Assembly (NCBI RefSeq): GCF_032191835.1
Contig: NC_083237.1
Span: 12,276,001 to 12,340,000 of the forward strand
Origin: Heteronotia binoei
Taxonomy: Eukaryota
Length of the DNA stretch: 64,000 nt
Direction: 5' to 3'
The position numbers and the translations under genes were made by a program. Positions 59,974 through 64,000 of this stretch are shown piece by piece (positions within the stretch are counted from its first letter, which is position 1; each line of letters begins with the position of its first letter). A model generated the notes under the pieces. That model did no database searches, was not told the origin of the DNA, and saw nothing but the letters and a program-made list of their open reading frames with translations.

Positions 59974-62900
59974 TCAGGACACAAAGTCTTTCAGGTAGGC
60001 CGGTGCCTGGCGTTCCCTGGTTGACCTCCTCGGGGTTAATTGGGGAGTTGGTGCGGCTGCCAAGGCTGGCGGGGCGGTTGTTTCCCCGTGTTGGGGTGAC
60101 GCCGGACGATGACTGTCCGTCGCTTGTTGCTTGTCAGGAGTCCCTTCTCTGGTGAGGTTGCTTCTGCCGCTGTGGTGCTCTTCCACCCGTGCAGTTGGTG
60201 CGACCAACATGGGAAGGGTATCTTCCGGGGGTGTTGCTGTCAGTTCTTCCCCACTTCCCCCGCCCCCCATGGCTGTCGGTTTCTCTGGCAAAGTGTTGCA
60301 GCGTAGCTGATCGATATGCTTCCTAAGGATCTGGCCCCCCTCTGTCGAGACCTCGTAGGAGCGGGACCCGGTCACCCGCAGCACCCGGGTGGCTAACCAC
60401 TCTGGGCCACTCACAAAGTTTTTCGCGTACACTGGATCCCCTGGAAAGAACCCCCTAGTGGCTTCCCTGGTTTCGGGGGAACTGCGGAGGTCTGTGGCCC
60501 AGTCGGGGTGCAACCGGTCTAGTCTCGTGATCAGCTTCCTCCCCATTAGCAACTTTGCAGGGCTCAACCCAGTGATGGGGTTGAGGGTGATTTGATTATC
60601 TAATAGGAAGGCTGCCAGGCGGTGGTCCCAATCCCCCTGTACAATGCGCCCCAGGGCCTCTTTCATGGTGCACACCATGTGCTCTGTTCGGCCATTGGTG
60701 GCCGGATGGAAGGGGGCAGACCGGATGTGTTGTATTAGGTATCTGTTCAAGAACTCCCGGAATTCCCGGGAGGTGAAAGCGATCCCATTGTCCATGACGA
60801 GGGTATCGGGAATCCCATGCATGCAAAAGACCCTACGCAAGGCTCTGACCACCGCCGCCGTGGAGGTTGAAGCTACTAGAATAACTTCCAACCACTTGGT
60901 GTATGCATCCACCAGAATAAAGAATATTTGGCCCTGGTATGGCCCCACAAAGTCTAGGTGTAACCGGGACCACGGCCTCCTATTGGACTCCCAGCGGTGG
61001 ACAGGGGCACTGGGCGGATCAGGCCGGAACTCTTGGCAGGGTTGACACCTTCAAACCCACCCCTCAGTCTCTTCCTCCATTCCCGGCCACCACACATAGC
61101 TGCGTGCTAGGGCCTTCATCTGCACTATTCCTGGATGTGTTTCGTGTAGGGCTTCCAGCACTTGTTTCCGCAATGGGGGGGAAACCACCACCCTACTTCC
61201 CCAGAGAAGGCACCCCTTGTGTGTGGACAGTTCTTCCCTGCGCACTGCGAAGGCCCTGAATTCTGCGGCCTGTTTACCCTCAGGCCATCCCCGCCCCACC
61301 CAGTCTAAAACACGGGCGAGGATGCGGTCTCGACCCGTGGCTTTAGCTACCTCAGCGGTGTGGAGGGGCCTCTCTGGTAGCGTCTCAATAAGTATCACAT
61401 GGTGGACCGGGGCTGGGGCTGGGTCCATAGAGGGCAGCGGCAGGCGGCTGAGGGCGTCCGCATGTCCCATAGCTTTGCCCGGGCAGTGGACCAGGGCATA
61501 TGTGTAGGAATTGAGGAACTGATTCCACCACAGGACGCGCTGCGACAGAATTTGCGGCGTCTGGCAGTCTGGGGCGAGAAGGCCCAGGAGTGACTTATGG
61601 TCCGTGGCGATCGTGAAACACCTACCGTACAAGTAGTCGTTAAATTTATGCACCCCCACCACGATTGCTAAGGCCTCTTTGTCAATCTGGGCGTAGTTGC
61701 GCTCAGCAGGAGTCAGGGTCCTTGAATAATAGGCCACTGGAACCTCCCTCCCATCCGGGAGTTGGTGCCCCAGGACAGCGCCCACCCTGTATGGGGAGGC
61801 ATCACATGACAGAATCACTGGGAGGGATTCGTCAAAGTGGTGGAGCACATCGTTAGAAACTAGGAGGCCCTTGACTGCCTGAAAAGTGGCGGCCTGCTGC
61901 TTTCCCCAGACCCATGGGACGTTTTTATCCAGGAGCCTATGAAGGGGTTCCGCAATGGCTGCTTTGTGTGGCAAAAATGAATGGTAAAAATTTAATAATC
62001 CTAAGAAACTTTGTAGTTCCGCCTTGCACGTGGGGGCCGGGGCGTGGACAATTGCCTTGGTCTTGTCGGCCGTCGGGTGGATCTCCGCGGTGTCTACTGC
62101 AAACCCCAAGAACGCTACCCACGACACCCCAAGGGAACACTTTTCCCACTTAACTTTGAGTCCCACTGGAAACGGTGGAGTACCTCACGCAGACGGCTGC
62201 TGAACTCTGAAGTGTCCGGGGCGGCGATCAGAACATCGTCAAAAAATGATTGCACTCCAGGGATCCCTTTAAGGAGAGAATCCATTATGCTCTGAAAAAT
62301 CCCCGGAGCCACGCTTACCCCAAATTGTAACCGCCGCACCCGAAAAGCTCCCCTGTGAGTCACAATGGTTTGGGCTTCTGCCGTCTCGGTGTCTACCGGA
62401 AGTTGCTGGTATGCCTGAGCCAAGTCCAGTTTCCCAAAAACCTTAGAGCCTGCTAGGACTGCCAGTACGTGGCTGACTACGGGAATGGGGTATGGGTTGT
62501 CTTGCAGTGCCTTGTTTATGGTGCACTTGTAATCGGCGCATATGCACACATTCCCATTTGGCTTCATTGGGGTGACTATCGGTGTTTCCCAGGCGGCGTA
62601 GGACACCGGTTCTAGCACCCCCTGTGCCGTGAGGCGGTCCAGCTCCGCTTCTATTTTAGGTTTAAGAGCGAACGGGACCTGCCTGGCCTTGAGCCTTATC
62701 GGTCTCATGTGGGGATCGAGGGGTAAGGTGATGGGAGGTCCCTTATAACACCCCAGGGACCCATCAAACACTTCCGGGAATTTCCAGCACAAATGCTCAA
62801 AATTCTGCGTTCGCATTTGCTGCACCCCCACAATTTGAATGCCCAACGGTCGAAACCAGGCCAGCCCCAGTAAAGTGGTGAGCTGGCGTTTGACTACTAG

Positions 62901-64000
62901 TATTTCCAGCTTGCCCTTGAAGCTCTTATACTCCACCCTTACCGTGGCCCAACCCAAAACCTGTATGGGGTTTTTTTGGAAGTCCCGCAGTATGAAATCG
63001 GCTGGCCGCAGCCTGAAACGGCCCCTGGAGCAAAGTTTTCTAAGCAACTCCTCCGAGATTATGGAGATGGAGGAGCCCGAGTCCAGCTCCATTAGGCATG
63101 GGGCGCCCTCGATAGAGACCGACACCCTGACCTTGTTGGGGGTGGTGAGGGGCAAGTTCATTACCTCCAGGCTCATTGATGCGGTCAAGCATGCCTCCAT
63201 CAAGTCGTGGTTGGTGGACTGGCACCTGCGGGTCACCTTGGCCCGGCAAGCCCGTGCTGTGTGGCCCACTCTCCCACAGTTCCTGCAGTCCATGTTCCGA
63301 TAGGGGCAGTCCGGTCTCTCGTGTGGATCCCCACAGCTGGCGCACTTGGTGTTGGCTAGTCTCTCCATTGCTCATGGTCTCGTGGGTGCCCTTTGGCCTG
63401 TTCCTAGTTGGCGATGGAGCTGGTTTGCCTCCTCCTCCTCTGGGTGGCCCGGTGCTGTTTCTTCCTGGTGGACAGCTTCTGCTCGCAGGTTGTTGTAGCT
63501 TTTGGTGGCTCTCTCGAACGCGATGGCTTCATTGAAGGTGCTCTGTAGGGTGAGCTCCTCTTTCGCGAAAAGCTTTTGCTGTAGCCTTTCATCTCGGAGG
63601 CCCCAAACAAATCGATCCCTCAGGGCTTCGTCCAGCTTGTCGAAGCTGCAATTCCCCACGATTTGGTGGAGGGCAGCCAGGTAGACTGCGGCCGTCTCTC
63701 CCACCCCTTGATCTCTCCTGTGAAAGAGAAATCGGCGGGCGATGAGGGATGGCTGAGGCAAGAAGTGCCTGGTCAGGAGTCTGACTATCTCCTCGTATGT
63801 TTTCTCCGTGATCTTCGCGGGGGCCAAGAGACCCTTGGCGATCTCGAATGTGGCCTCCCCGCAGACACTCAGAAGCACGTCTCTCTTACAGCTCTCATCA
63901 GTGATCAGGTTTGCTCTTAGGTAGCAGTCGACCCGCTCTGTGTAGGTCTCCCACCTATCGGGGTTGGCCGGGTCAAACTCTGCAAGGTGGCCCGTCGTCA
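59974..64000 (-). pseudogene. Ty3/Gypsy (Mag-like) gag-pol, inactivated
   Basis: Gag (EFDP...WETYTER) begins at the window edge, followed by two Cys/His knuckles, protease LDSGS, RT FFDD, RNase H and a DDE integrase. In-frame TGA stops at about 63372 and 61051, and a frameshift at about 62165. Confidence 0.95.

Noticed and set aside
1-64000. TRAJ or D segments and a constant region
   Set aside because: No nonamer-12-heptamer followed by an FGxG frame and no Ig C1 exon were found by eye; the cactgtg hits examined lie in CR1 tails or lack a nonamer.

Overview
Vertebrate genomic DNA from a squamate reptile, most likely a gecko. This is inferred from the repeat content: Squam3-like, Sauria and 5S-derived SINEs, plus CR1, L2, RTE and Penelope fragments. 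The window holds six intact single-exon olfactory receptor genes: two OR10G-like (minus), two OR10D-like tandem duplicates (minus) and two OR4E1-like (plus). Between the OR10 and OR4E1 genes lies a complete, in-frame T-cell receptor alpha-type V gene on the minus strand. It has a leader exon at 30965-30992, a V exon at 28946-29234 and a 23-bp-spacer RSS at 28907-28945; the ORF track shows only a fragment of it. This OR10G / TRAV / OR4E1 neighbourhood resembles the distal end of the mammalian TRA locus. The rest is dense, often nested transposon sequence, ending in a decayed Ty3/Gypsy (Mag-like) element running off the right edge. Five N-gaps of about 140-150 nt limit some conclusions. Similarities to named human genes and repeat families are from recall, not database searches.
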